Source: an uncultured Candidatus Saccharibacteria bacterium (GTDB lineage: Bacteria; Patescibacteriota; Minisyncoccia; UBA6257; 1-14-0-10-44-23). Taken from it: a stretch of 58,689 nt of DNA. Below the pieces are notes generated by a model. It saw only the letters and a list, made by a program, of their open reading frames with translations, did no database searches and was not told the origin of the DNA. The translations under genes were made by a program, and so were the position numbers. Location of the stretch: assembly GCA_964394435.1 (NCBI GenBank), contig CAYMXN010000001.1, positions 109,739-168,427 on the forward strand, written 5' to 3'. Shown piece by piece: positions 10,592-18,923 of the stretch. Position 1 is the stretch's first letter, and each line of letters opens with the position of its first letter.

Positions 10592-11056
10592 ATGTCGCGA
10601 ATCCTAAAGCTTCCCCCTGTTCCGCTCTCGCTTTACGGCGAGTCGTTGCGTCGGCCTTTTGCAGGAGTGACTCTTGTCTCTGATGGTTTAGATGTGCGAT
10701 TTGGTGCGACTCCACTACAGTTTTCGCCGGTAATCGGTCCTAGTGAAAATGGGATCGATGGCAACGAACTTGTGCATCGTCTGCATACAGTTCCTGCGTA
10801 TACTGGCCTAAACTGGGGTCAGCGAGCGCTCGAGTTAGCGTGGATGTATCGCGAGGACATCGCACGGGCGAATGTTTGGCCTGTTGGGCGCGTCGTGTAT
10901 TTCCTTAAGACGATTTGGGCGACTAGGAGGGGTGAGCGGTTTGGTTTTTGGATGATGCGCTATAAGGACGGGTATGGTTGGGCGCGTGGAGAGTTTTGGC
11001 TCGACTATTCAGTCGGGAGCATGGATCTTTTCCCGCGACCCACACCTGCCAGTTGA
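10592..11056 (+). CDS. Hypothetical protein (GC-richer cassette with strong SD)
   Basis: GGAGGA sits 8 nt upstream of ATG 10592. The composition is GC-richer than the atp genes, it has its own terminator, and I recognise no family. Confidence 0.5.
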   Translation: MSRILKLPPVPLSLYGESLRRPFAGVTLVSDGLDVRFGATPLQFSPVIGPSENGIDGNELVHRLHTVPAYTGLNWGQRALELAWMYREDIARANVWPVGRVVYFLKTIWATRRGERFGFWMMRYKDGYGWARGEFWLDYSVGSMDLFPRPTPAS

Positions 11057-11060
11057 TTCT

Positions 11061-11095
11061 TCGCCCGCAGAGAGCAATCTCGCGGGCGATTTTTA
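11061..11095 (+). terminator. Intrinsic terminator
   Basis: A tcgcccgc...gcgggcga stem followed by ttttt. Confidence 0.7.
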
Positions 11096-11611
11096 ATTAC
11101 TGCGTTTGAGTGGGGCGACAGATGTTTGTATGTGTTGGCTCGCGTTTTGAGCGGGGTTTTCAGTATTAAACTCAACCGTCAGATCGATATTAACGAGTTC
11201 GTTTGCTCCGCTGTAGCTTTTACTAAAATCGAGATTTGAGACTATTACTCTGCCGGTGTTGAGTGTTGTCGAGGCTGCGGTGGCTTGTTTTATGTAGGCG
11301 GAGTTATCGGCAAACGTAATAACCATTGGGTCGGTAGTGCTTGAGCTTGTCCCGATTTCGAGTCTGTTCGCTGAGACCGTCAAGCTTTGTGCGTCGCGAA
11401 TAGCTTGCTTCATTACGTTGATAATAAAGTTTGCTTCATTGGCGACTTGTCGGCTTGAGTTTTGCTGACTTTGAATACGAGTGATGGTAATCAGTACGCT
11501 TGTAAATAGTGTTATAACGACAAGCGAGAGGCCGACGTAGATAAGGAGTTCGATGAGTGTGAAACCGCTTTTACCTTTGAGTTGAAGCGTTTTTAATTTT
11601 CGAAGAGACAT
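11093..11611 (-). CDS. Prepilin-type N-terminal cleavage/methylation domain protein (type IV pilin/pseudopilin-like)
   Basis: N-terminal KSGFTLIELLIYVGLSLVV motif (G|FTLIE). Confidence 0.75.
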   Translation of the reverse strand: MSLRKLKTLQLKGKSGFTLIELLIYVGLSLVVITLFTSVLITITRIQSQQNSSRQVANEANFIINVMKQAIRDAQSLTVSANRLEIGTSSSTTDPMVITFADNSAYIKQATAASTTLNTGRVIVSNLDFSKSYSGANELVNIDLTVEFNTENPAQNASQHIQTSVAPLKRSN

Positions 11612-11645
11612 ATGTACAAGTATAACACTTCGGAGCGCTTCATTT

Positions 11646-12263
11646 TTATGCCGCAGTTGGGTCGAAAAACATAATCCAAATAGTTTTGATTAGGATTTTA
11701 AGGTCGAGCCAGAGCGTTTGTTTTTCCAAGTATTCTTTATCCAGAGTTATCTCCTTGAGGAATGGCAAGCTTGAGGCGCCGCTTACTTGGCTTAAACCCG
11801 TAATGCCCGCCTTGGCTTTGATGAGTATTGTGAACTCTTTTGGGTAATTGGAAAGCTCGCCTTGTTCGTGGGGGCGTGGGCCGACAAGGGAGAGCTCGTT
11901 TTTGAGTACGTTAATAAATTGCGGGAGCTCGTCGATGCGGAACTTTCTGATAATTCGACCAACTTTAGTAAGGCGTGGGTCGTTTTTGATTTTGAAAAAT
12001 GGACCGTCATTGCGCTCATTCATATGAAGAAGTCCTTTTTTAAGTCTGGCGGCATCAACCATCATCGAGCGGAACTTGTATAGCTGAATCACTTTTCCCT
12101 TGCTGACACGAGCAAGCTTGATAAGGATAGGGCCACGATCTTCGAGCCTAATAGCTATGCCGACGGGTATATAGGCGATACCAAAGACGATAAGACCAAT
12201 GAGTGAGCCGACGATGTCTATGAGGCGTTTTGTGAAGAAGTAGATGGCCGAGTGCGCTTTCAT
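11646..12263 (-). CDS. Sugar transferase (polyprenyl-phosphate hexose-1-phosphate transferase, WbaP/EpsL-like)
   Basis: Bacterial sugar transferase signature: KFRSM, DELPQFINVLKNELSLVGPRP and GITGLSQV. Confidence 0.85.
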   Translation of the reverse strand: MKAHSAIYFFTKRLIDIVGSLIGLIVFGIAYIPVGIAIRLEDRGPILIKLARVSKGKVIQLYKFRSMMVDAARLKKGLLHMNERNDGPFFKIKNDPRLTKVGRIIRKFRIDELPQFINVLKNELSLVGPRPHEQGELSNYPKEFTILIKAKAGITGLSQVSGASSLPFLKEITLDKEYLEKQTLWLDLKILIKTIWIMFFDPTAA

Positions 12264-12314
12264 AATTAGGCTAATGCTATCATAATCTTGAGATAAAGTG
12301 CCAAACTACTTCTT

Positions 12315-13415
12315 ATGCGCGTTGCTTTAGTTCATGACTATTTAAATCAATTTGGTGGAGCGGAGCGGGTTTTGCTTGCGCTGATGGAGCTGTTTCCAAA
12401 TGCGCCAATTTATACGCTTTTGTATGACAAAGAAAAGACGCATGGACTGTTTGAGGGGCGAAGGGTGATTACGAGTTTTTTAGATAATCCGATTACACGG
12501 AAGCATCACCGGCTGTTTATCCCGTTTATGCCTTTAGCTATTAATCGTATGAATCTTGGTAGTGAGTTTGATTTGATTATTTCTGATACCGCGGGCTTTG
12601 CAAAAGGTATCTCATGCGATCAGACGAAAACAAAACATATCAGCTATATTCATACGCCACTGAGATACGCGTGGGAGACGGATGAGTATTTTTCGCACAG
12701 TCTCAAAACAAAAATATTTAACGCGATTTTTAAACCGGCGTTTGCGTACGTGCGGAGGTTTGATTATCAAGTGGCGCAAAAGCCCGACATACTTCTTTCG
12801 AATTCGCAGTTTATCGCCGAAAAAGTGAGGCGGTACTATGGTCGCAATTCAGATGTTTTGTATCCGCCCGTAGATACGAGCGTTTTTTCTCCAGATGAGC
12901 AGATTAAGCGAGGTGAGTATTACTTGGCGGTTGGCCGAATGTTGCATTATAAGCGTTTTGATTTGATTATTGAGGCGTTTAAAATACTTGGATTGCCGTT
13001 AGTTGTTGCCGGTGCTGGGCCAAAAGAAGAAGAGCTTAGGGAGCTCGCCCAAGGTGCTGGCAATATTACATTTTTGCCATTTCAGAAAACAAATGAGGAG
13101 ATGCGAAAGTTATATTGTGGGGCGAAGGCGGTGATTTTTTCACATACTGAAGATTTTGGGTTGGTGCTAGCGGAGGCGCAAGCGTGTGGAGCGCCGATTA
13201 TCGCGTATAACGTGGGAGGTGCGCGAGAGATTGTGTGTGATGAGCGTGCTGGCGTGTTGTTTGATAAACAGAGTGTTGCTGGGCTTGTCGAAGCTGTAAC
13301 TATATTTGAGCAAAAGAAATTTGATCGAGGTTATATCGCGCAGTTGGCGCAGCGGTTTAGTAAGGAGCGATTTGTGGCGGGGATACAACGTATCGTTAAA
13401 GAATTATGTAAATAA
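12315..13415 (+). CDS. Glycosyltransferase family 4 (GT-B)
   Basis: E-x7-E region EDFGLVLAEAQACGAPII and a typical GT4 N-terminus. Confidence 0.85.
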   Translation: MRVALVHDYLNQFGGAERVLLALMELFPNAPIYTLLYDKEKTHGLFEGRRVITSFLDNPITRKHHRLFIPFMPLAINRMNLGSEFDLIISDTAGFAKGISCDQTKTKHISYIHTPLRYAWETDEYFSHSLKTKIFNAIFKPAFAYVRRFDYQVAQKPDILLSNSQFIAEKVRRYYGRNSDVLYPPVDTSVFSPDEQIKRGEYYLAVGRMLHYKRFDLIIEAFKILGLPLVVAGAGPKEEELRELAQGAGNITFLPFQKTNEEMRKLYCGAKAVIFSHTEDFGLVLAEAQACGAPIIAYNVGGAREIVCDERAGVLFDKQSVAGLVEAVTIFEQKKFDRGYIAQLAQRFSKERFVAGIQRIVKELCK

Positions 13416-13457
13416 AAGACCCGCGCTGCATCCGTGTGGATGACTTACGCGCGGGTT
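13414..13457 (-). terminator. Terminator for the minus-strand lipoprotein cassette
   Basis: acccgcgc...gcgcgggt stem with a nested catcc/ggatg hairpin. The A-run on + gives a T-run on the minus strand. Confidence 0.5.
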
Positions 13458-13477
13458 GCGGCCACTAAGTAGTGGTA

Positions 13478-13828
13478 CTACTTGGTGGCGGGGACTGCGA
13501 ACCAGGTGGTTTGCGGTATGGAGTTTTTCCCGTAGCTGGTGACCTTCAGCTCCTGGACCTTCGTTCCGACGGGGAGTTCGGTGGTGGCGAGCAGGGTGTC
13601 CTGCTTCTCGCTGCCACTCCTCCGGACCTGTACCTTGTAGAGGTCGTGTCCGAGCGGCTCGGACTTGACGACCTCCCCCGTCCAGTCGGACGGGGAGACC
13701 TTCGTTCCGTCGTAGATCGTCCTCTCCATCGTCTGGTCGGTCACGGCGGTTTCGCCGTTGCCGCACCCGGCGAGGGTGGCCACCACCAGGACGAGGAGGA
13801 GGATGGAGGGAATGCTGAAACGGTTCAT
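13478..13828 (-). CDS. Small lipoprotein (GC-rich cassette)
   Basis: Signal peptide with a lipobox (LLLVLVVATLAGC). The composition is strongly GC-rich, an AAGGGG SD is present, and a consensus promoter lies upstream. Confidence 0.6.
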   Translation of the reverse strand: MNRFSIPSILLLVLVVATLAGCGNGETAVTDQTMERTIYDGTKVSPSDWTGEVVKSEPLGHDLYKVQVRRSGSEKQDTLLATTELPVGTKVQELKVTSYGKNSIPQTTWFAVPATK

Positions 13829-13876
13829 CTGACCCCTTATCTCTCCGGGTTGACCGGAGCAAATGTTGACTTAGTC

Positions 13877-13905
13877 ATTATAGCATATAAGAGTATATTT
13901 GTCAA
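13877..13905 (-). promoter_or_regulatory. Consensus promoter TTGACA-17-TATAAT (minus strand)
   Basis: The reverse complement of tgtcaa (13900-13905) and attata (13877-13882), with a hand-counted 17-nt spacer. Confidence 0.65.
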
Positions 13906-13960
13906 TATTTAGAGTAAGGGACTGGTGATTGAGTTTTTGAATAAGCCGGAATAATAGGCA

Positions 13961-13989
13961 TTGACAGGATTGGTATAGTGTGCTATAAT
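13961..13989 (+). promoter_or_regulatory. Consensus promoter TTGACA-17-TATAAT (plus strand)
   Basis: ttgaca at 13961-13966 and tataat at 13984-13989. Confidence 0.65.
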
Positions 13990-13995
13990 GTATTT

Positions 13996-14197
13996 ACCCT
14001 GGAGGATCCGTCATGAACGGTCCGTAAGGCAAGCTCCTGGCTGTGGGGAACGGTGCGCCTTTTGCGTTGATTACGAGCTCGTTGGGGCTCGCGCGAAGTC
14101 CAAAAGACTCGCCCTCGCAAATACCTGCAGCCGGGAGCAACCCCCTCTTCCAACCCCACCTTGTGCTATATGCGCTCGGTGGGGTCTTCTTTTTTTG
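13996..14197 (+). ncRNA. Candidate ~200-nt structured small RNA, class unknown
   Basis: A perfect promoter lies upstream and a ccccacc...ggtgggg plus T-run terminator lies at 14154-14197. A long-range 11-bp stem pairs gctcctggctg (14031-14041) with cagccgggagc (14128-14138). No convincing ORF is present. Confidence 0.4.
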
Positions 14198-14242
14198 TGC
14201 GGGCTTGCTAAATCTCTAAAATCAGGTATCATAGCTGTATTC

Positions 14243-14627
14243 CAGAAGACCCCATCTTCGGAATATCTTGTTCCGCGTTGCAGGTCGTTTGCGGCCACTG
14301 CTAGGCGTAGGGTGTGAGGCAGAAGCTCGTGCTTCGACTCGCAGCCTGCAACAACGCAGGGGGTGCAAACAGTCGCAACCCATCGGGATCGGAATAATTC
14401 TCATAATCTCCTTGTCGGAACGTCCTCGAAGTACATAGAGTACTCCTTGCGGCGTTCCTCCGCGAGCTTAGAAGAATTATTCCTGATCGCGGTTAAAGCT
14501 ATTCCGAAGATGAGGTCAAGCCTAAGCGCCACGAGGGCCCTGGAGCGTTAGTCAGCACCTTTGGTGCATATCGGGCGTAAATCAATAGCTTTTTGGCTTT
14601 TATTTACGCTCCGAAAGGAGTTTTTTA
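14243..14627 (+). ncRNA. Candidate ~385-nt structured RNA or rpsB-tsf leader, class unknown
   Basis: Several exact long-range stems: gttgcagg (14277-14284)/cctgcaac (14345-14352), ggaataattct (14391-14401)/agaattattcc (14472-14482), and ggaacg/cgttcc nested inside. It ends in gcgtaaat/atttacgc and ctcc-gaaa-ggag plus T-run hairpins just before rpsB. The start coordinate is a guess based on a weak TTGCTA-16-TATCAT. Confidence 0.35.
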
Positions 14628-14656
14628 TTTATTAATAAATCATTAATTATAATTGT

Positions 14657-15430
14657 ATGGACGAAGTTAAAAACGATAAGTCAGGCATGCCAGTTGAGCC
14701 AGTCGCCCCAGAGCGTACGGCTGATACGGCTGTATTAGAAGAGATGACGAAGGCCGGTATTTTGTTCGGTCGTCGCCGTATGTGGGGTAACCCAAAGATG
14801 AAAAAGTACGTGTACACGACGCGTAATGGTTTTTCGATCTTTGACCTTACTCAAACGCTTGATGCGATTGAGAAGGCTTGTGAGTTTCTAAAGACAATTG
14901 GTAAAAACGGTCAGCAGGTTCTTTTTGTCGGCACGACGCCAGCCAGTCAGGTGCTCGCCCAGGAGCTTGGCACGAAATTTGGTTTTCCATTTGTTACCGA
15001 GCGTTGGCTTGGTGGTACGCTTACTAACTACGACACGATTTCTGCCCGCTTACAGTTTTATCTCCGCTTAAAGGCGGACCATGCGGCTGGTCGTCTTGAT
15101 AAGTACACGAAAAAGGAGCGTACAGAGATGATGAAGCAACTCGAACGCTTGACCCGTTTCTTTGGTGGTCTTGAGCGTATGATTACGCTGCCTGCGGCAG
15201 TTGTTGTTCTCGGTGCTGATGCGCACAAGATCGCGATTGCTGAAGCGAGCCGTGCGAAGATTCCTGTCGTTGCGATTGCTAACACTAACGCCGACCCAAC
15301 AACGATTAAGTATGTAATTCCGGCTAATGACAACAACCAGTTGAGTTTGCGCTGGATTAGCGAGAAACTTTCAGCAGCTTTAGTCTCGGGTATCAACGAG
15401 CGAGGTGCGGTTGCTCCAATTAAGAAGTAG
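14657..15430 (+). CDS. rpsB: 30S ribosomal protein S2
   Basis: Typical S2 core (AGILFGRRRMWGNPKMKKYVYTTRNGFSIFDL). It has an N-terminal extension, so the true start could be the internal ATG at 14687. Confidence 0.93.
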   Translation: MDEVKNDKSGMPVEPVAPERTADTAVLEEMTKAGILFGRRRMWGNPKMKKYVYTTRNGFSIFDLTQTLDAIEKACEFLKTIGKNGQQVLFVGTTPASQVLAQELGTKFGFPFVTERWLGGTLTNYDTISARLQFYLRLKADHAAGRLDKYTKKERTEMMKQLERLTRFFGGLERMITLPAAVVVLGADAHKIAIAEASRAKIPVVAIANTNADPTTIKYVIPANDNNQLSLRWISEKLSAALVSGINERGAVAPIKK

Positions 15431-15484
15431 AATAACGTAAGGTAGCGGTGTCGAAATTATAAACGTACATTTACACTAAAACAT

Positions 15485-15928
15485 ATGTCAGCAAATGATG
15501 TAGCTCGTCTTCGTGAAGAAACTGGTGCCGGTATGATGGATTGTAAGCGCGCCCTAGACGCAGTCGGTGGTGATTATCAGAAAGCCATTGAGTATTTAAG
15601 CGCGCAGGGTATTGCGAAGGCCGGAAAGAAGGGTGATCGTGCTACTGGCGCGGCTCACTTAGAAACGTATATTCATGGTGGACGTGTTGGTGTGCTTTTA
15701 GAGATTCGTGCCGAGACTGATTTCGTTACCCGTTCGGAAGATTTCCGTGAGCTCGCGAAAAATGTAGCACTCCATATTGCTGCAGCAGCTCCAGAGACCG
15801 TTGATGACTTGCTCAAGCAGAACTATGTCAAAGATGAGTCGCTCACGATTGAGAACTACGTAAAGAGCGTGATTGCTAAGGTTGGTGAGAATATCAAGAT
15901 TGAGCGCTTCGCTCGTTTTCAGGTCTAG
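15485..15928 (+). CDS. tsf: Elongation factor Ts, unusually short (147 aa)
   Basis: N-terminal UBA-like motif LREETGAGMMDCKRAL and its position after rpsB. Confidence 0.85.
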   Translation: MSANDVARLREETGAGMMDCKRALDAVGGDYQKAIEYLSAQGIAKAGKKGDRATGAAHLETYIHGGRVGVLLEIRAETDFVTRSEDFRELAKNVALHIAAAAPETVDDLLKQNYVKDESLTIENYVKSVIAKVGENIKIERFARFQV

Positions 15929-16036
15929 TTTTTGTCGGCCCGGAGGACTAGAGAAAAACTAGATCCTGAGAGGCTGTGTTTTCTTTTTTGCCTCGAAGGA
16001 TTCTTTCTTGTGCTAGAATTAGATTAACTACTTCGT

Positions 16037-16384
16037 ATGTACGATTACATTGTTCAAATAGCTTTATTTGGCAGTTTGGCGGTTATCGTCTATTTATTTG
16101 CGCGGGCGTTGCCGCGTATTGACCGTCCGGACCATGTGCGCACAGCAAATGCGTTTGATCGAGCGCTGGCGAGGTTGCCGATTGGCAAGATGGATTCTGC
16201 GGTCAATACTTTTTTTGAGCGCGTTCTGCGTAAGATTCGGATGGTGATTATGAAAATTGATGCGTTTGTGACCGGATATCTTGATCGCCTTAAAGAGCAT
16301 CAGATTGCGAAAGAGAAGCAGGTGGACTTGCGTGAGAAAATGGAGGCGATTAAAGCTGATTTGCCGTCCAAAGAAGAAAAGTAA
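16037..16384 (+). CDS. Hypothetical membrane-anchored protein
   Basis: An N-terminal TM helix, a charged helical tail, and a terminator following. Confidence 0.5.
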   Translation: MYDYIVQIALFGSLAVIVYLFARALPRIDRPDHVRTANAFDRALARLPIGKMDSAVNTFFERVLRKIRMVIMKIDAFVTGYLDRLKEHQIAKEKQVDLREKMEAIKADLPSKEEK

Positions 16385-16396
16385 TATATAAAAAAA

Positions 16397-16421
16397 TCCC
16401 GTCAAATGACGGGAGTTTTTG
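16397..16421 (+). terminator. Intrinsic terminator
   Basis: tcccgtc-aaat-gacggga-gttttt. Confidence 0.75.
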
Positions 16422-16471
16422 GTTAATGTGGGCGCTATGGCCTGCCTGCGCAGGCAGGGATGAAATGGGAA

Positions 16472-17167
16472 CTATTTTAAGACATCATACTGCAAATGCA
16501 GATATGAATTTTTAAGCTTCTCTACACTCTTTAATTTCAAGGCTTTGAGCTTAGATAGCTCTTTTAGAGATTTTAATGACTTTCCCCCAATTATTGATTG
16601 CGTTTCTGTACCCCCAACGAGGACCGGGGCAATGACGAGCGAGATACGGTCAATGAGTCCCTGTCGCAAAAATTCAGCATTCAGGGTTCCTCCTGTCTGA
16701 ACAGTAACTCTCGCAGCGCCAAATTCTCTACGAAGCCGATACATCATATGTATCCAATTAATTGTCTTGGGGTAGGAAATAGTATGAACATTTTTTCGCT
16801 TACTCTTAAATGATGGATGTTTCTTATTGGTGGTTACAACAATAAGCGCCTTCGCTTTGTCTGACAGATAATTTAATCCGCTGCGCGAAAGGTGTGGCTT
16901 ATTATCAATAACAACAAAAGTAACGGGGAGCGCCGGACCCTTCCATTTTTTTGTATTTGCACCAACCTTCGCGAGTACTCGACCAGAATTTAGTGAAAAA
17001 AGGTCAGTCCATTTTTCTAATTCATAATATTGATAGAGACCCTCTCGTACGCCTTTGATCTTTGGAAAATCCTGATCAATATCAAGTACATTGGTTGATC
17101 CGGTTGAAATTTTCCCATCGACAGAAGCCAATAGAAAAAGGGTTGTGATTGGTCGCAAGCTTTTCAT
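16472..17167 (-). CDS. RibD C-terminal domain / dihydrofolate-reductase-like reductase
   Basis: N-terminus MKSLRPITTLFLLASVDGKISTG, typical of this family. The longer track ORF (to 17248) runs through tRNA-Tyr, so ATG 17167 is used. Confidence 0.65.
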   Translation of the reverse strand: MKSLRPITTLFLLASVDGKISTGSTNVLDIDQDFPKIKGVREGLYQYYELEKWTDLFSLNSGRVLAKVGANTKKWKGPALPVTFVVIDNKPHLSRSGLNYLSDKAKALIVVTTNKKHPSFKSKRKNVHTISYPKTINWIHMMYRLRREFGAARVTVQTGGTLNAEFLRQGLIDRISLVIAPVLVGGTETQSIIGGKSLKSLKELSKLKALKLKSVEKLKNSYLHLQYDVLK

Positions 17168-17170
17168 GTG

Positions 17171-17254
17171 TGGGCAGAGAGGGATTCGAACCCCCGTAGG
17201 CCAAAGGCCGTCACGTCTACAGCGTGATGTAATTGACCGCTCTACCATCTGCCC
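17171..17254 (-). tRNA. tRNA-Tyr(GTA)
   Basis: Hand fold: acceptor GGGCAGA/TCTGCCC, anticodon arm TCACG-CTGTAGA-CGTGA, a long variable arm, and T-loop TTCGAAT. No encoded CCA. Confidence 0.85.
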
Positions 17255-17309
17255 GCTGTTGATACTTGCTGATTTTACTTCAGAGTTGGATTTTCTTCAA
17301 GTAAAGAAA

Positions 17310-17337
17310 GCCCCGAACCTTTTTTGGGTTCGGGGGC
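17310..17337 (-). terminator. Hairpin terminator (bidirectional shape)
   Basis: gccccgaacc-tttttt-gggttcgggggc. Confidence 0.6.
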
Positions 17338-17669
17338 TAGGGCTGACAGGGCTTGTCGATGCCCATCGCGCTTTCAAAGTGGCGTTCCACTACCATGATC
17401 GCGTGGTTGGCGCTTTCGATGTCGATTACGCCATACGGCTCGAGCTCGGGAGGCACTTCGATCGCCACCACTTCTTCTTTTTCGGCCGAGCGCGGCTTTC
17501 TGATTTCCTCGACGCCGATCGTGATTTGTTTGCCCTTGGCAAACATCAGATAGTAGGCTCGGCCCTCTTTTTGTGGCTCTTGATGCGACTGGAGTCGGCC
17601 TTGAAGCCAGGGGAGGACGCGTGCGGGATCGATCTTTGTGATCACCCGCGGGAGTTCTTGCTTGCTCAT
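17337..17669 (-). CDS. Hypothetical protein (GC-rich cassette between two tRNA genes)
   Basis: AGGAG SD 7 nt upstream of the ATG, GC-rich composition, and no recognisable family. Confidence 0.5.
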   Translation of the reverse strand: MSKQELPRVITKIDPARVLPWLQGRLQSHQEPQKEGRAYYLMFAKGKQITIGVEEIRKPRSAEKEEVVAIEVPPELEPYGVIDIESANHAIMVVERHFESAMGIDKPCQP

Positions 17670-17720
17670 CGCGGGTACTCCTATTGAGGATGCTGCCAGG
17701 GTTTGGCTTGTTCTGCCTCC

Positions 17721-17748
17721 AGTATCGCAAAGTTTTATTGGTTGTCAA
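17721..17748 (-). promoter_or_regulatory. Putative promoter TTGACA-16-GATACT (minus strand)
   Basis: The reverse complement of tgtcaa at 17743-17748. Confidence 0.45.
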
Positions 17749-17781
17749 TCAGGACAAAATATATTACATTTGGGGGACATC

Positions 17782-17854
17782 GCCACCTTAGCTCAGTTGG
17801 TAGAGCAACACTTTTGTAAAGTGAAGGTCCCCGGTTCAAGTCCGGGAGGTGGCT
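17782..17854 (+). tRNA. tRNA-Thr(TGT)
   Basis: Hand fold: acceptor GCCACCT/AGGTGGC, anticodon loop TTTGTAA, and T-arm CCCGG-TTCAAGT-CCGGG. Confidence 0.85.
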
Positions 17855-17855
17855 C

Positions 17856-18455
17856 ATGATCGAAGTTGAACGAAAGTATGTACTTGATGATGCGCATCGT
17901 AAGCTCCTCCTTGAAGGGGCGGTATTTGATACGAAGAAGGTGATGCGTGACGTATATTATGATACGAAAGAGTATCGACTAACTACAAAAGATATTTGGT
18001 TGAGAAAGAGGGGTTCTCGATGGGAGCTCAAGGTTTCTTTGAATAATAGTAGTGCGCAGCGAACAGATTTTTATAACGAGATTGAGGTTGAGTCAGAGAT
18101 TTTAAAAGAGTTGGGATTGTCGGGCGATGGAAATATTGAAGAGGTTCTTGCGCAAGCTGGTTATACTCCATTTATTGATCTCGAGACTACTCGTGAAACG
18201 TATAAACGAGGTCAGTTTAGTATCGATCTTGATACGGTACGATACCAAGACGGCAGCGTGTATCTTATCGCTGAAATAGAGATTGTGGTTGCGAGCATGA
18301 GCGAGGTACCACAAGCAGAGAAGCTTATTGATACCTTTGTTGCAGAAATTGGTCTTTCGCCCGAGCGACCAAAGGGTAAGGTTATTGAGTATTTGTATAA
18401 GTCAGCACCAGAGCATTATAACGCCTTGCTCAAGGCTAATGCGATTCGCACCTAG
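17856..18455 (+). CDS. CYTH domain protein (triphosphate tunnel metalloenzyme / class IV adenylate cyclase-like)
   Basis: N-terminal MIEVERKYVL (ExExK motif). The ATG begins 1 nt after the tRNA-Thr discriminator. Confidence 0.8.
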   Translation: MIEVERKYVLDDAHRKLLLEGAVFDTKKVMRDVYYDTKEYRLTTKDIWLRKRGSRWELKVSLNNSSAQRTDFYNEIEVESEILKELGLSGDGNIEEVLAQAGYTPFIDLETTRETYKRGQFSIDLDTVRYQDGSVYLIAEIEIVVASMSEVPQAEKLIDTFVAEIGLSPERPKGKVIEYLYKSAPEHYNALLKANAIRT

Positions 18456-18490
18456 ACTTTTATTGGAAAATCGATAGAATAAGACGTATC

Positions 18491-18562
18491 GCCAATGTAG
18501 CTCAGAGGTAGAGCAACTCCATGGTAAGGAGTAGGTCGCGAGTTCAATTCTCGCCATTGGCT
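18491..18562 (+). tRNA. tRNA-Thr(GGT)
   Basis: Hand fold: acceptor GCCAATG/CATTGGC, anticodon arm ACTCC-ATGGTAA-GGAGT, and T-loop TTCAATT. Confidence 0.85.
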
Positions 18563-18613
18563 CAAGTGCTCTTGCCTTTTCGGAGGGTTTGCGCTACTAT
18601 ATACACCATTGTT

Positions 18614-18784
18614 ATGCCAGAATCTAAACGAACGAAAAACTTAATCAGGTTGCGCTGCGCCACTTGTAAGGCGACCAACTATTACACGCGTAAGAATAAA
18701 AAGCTTGTTGAGCGTAAATTAGAGTACTCAAAGTTCTGCCCGAAGTGTCTCAAGCACACGACTCACAAAGAAGCGAAAAAATAA
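18614..18784 (+). CDS. rpmG: 50S ribosomal protein L33
   Basis: 56 aa: [30 protein letters not shown]...[14 protein letters not shown] (CxxC...CxxC). Confidence 0.9.
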   Translation: MPESKRTKNLIRLRCATCKATNYYTRKNKKLVERKLEYSKFCPKCLKHTTHKEAKK

Positions 18785-18791
18785 TCAATTA

Positions 18792-18818
18792 CCGCCCGTT
18801 GGGCGGTTTTGATTTTTT
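18792..18818 (+). terminator. Intrinsic terminator after rpmG
   Basis: ccgccc-gtt-gggcgg followed by a T-run. Confidence 0.7.
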
Positions 18819-18847
18819 GGGATAAGTCCGCTAGTATTCTTTCGTAC

Positions 18848-18919
18848 GGGCGCGTCGTCCAACGGCTAGGACTTCGGTCTCCAAAACCGACTATCAGGGT
18901 TCGAATCCTTGCGCGCCCG
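18848..18919 (+). tRNA. tRNA-Trp(CCA)
   Basis: Hand fold: acceptor GGGCGCG/CGCGCCC, anticodon arm TCGGT-CTCCAAA-ACCGA, and T-loop TTCGAAT. Confidence 0.85.
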
Positions 18920-18923
18920 CACT

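Noticed and set aside
13404-13912. Overlapping long ORFs (152 aa on the minus strand at 13404-13862 and 146 aa on the plus strand at 13472-13912).
   Set aside because: These are stop-poor alternative frames of a GC-rich segment. Only the 116-aa frame has an SD, a signal peptide with a lipobox, and a promoter and terminator in register.
13996-14197. SRP (4.5S) RNA, suggested by ggtccgtaaggcaagc resembling GGUCCGGAAGGAAGCAGC.
   Set aside because: The flanking strands do not pair in the SRP helix-8 manner. The segment instead folds into a local ggatccgt/acggtcc hairpin, and the symmetric-loop residues do not line up. The resemblance is too weak to call.
17091-17859. Track ORFs overlapping tRNA genes here (17091-17687, 17638-17859). 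The same problem applies elsewhere (21592-21886, 27082-27210, 37129-37372, 42949-43167, 18521-18613).
   Set aside because: They read through tRNA sequences or antisense to better-supported genes. The internal starts used instead give family-typical N-termini.
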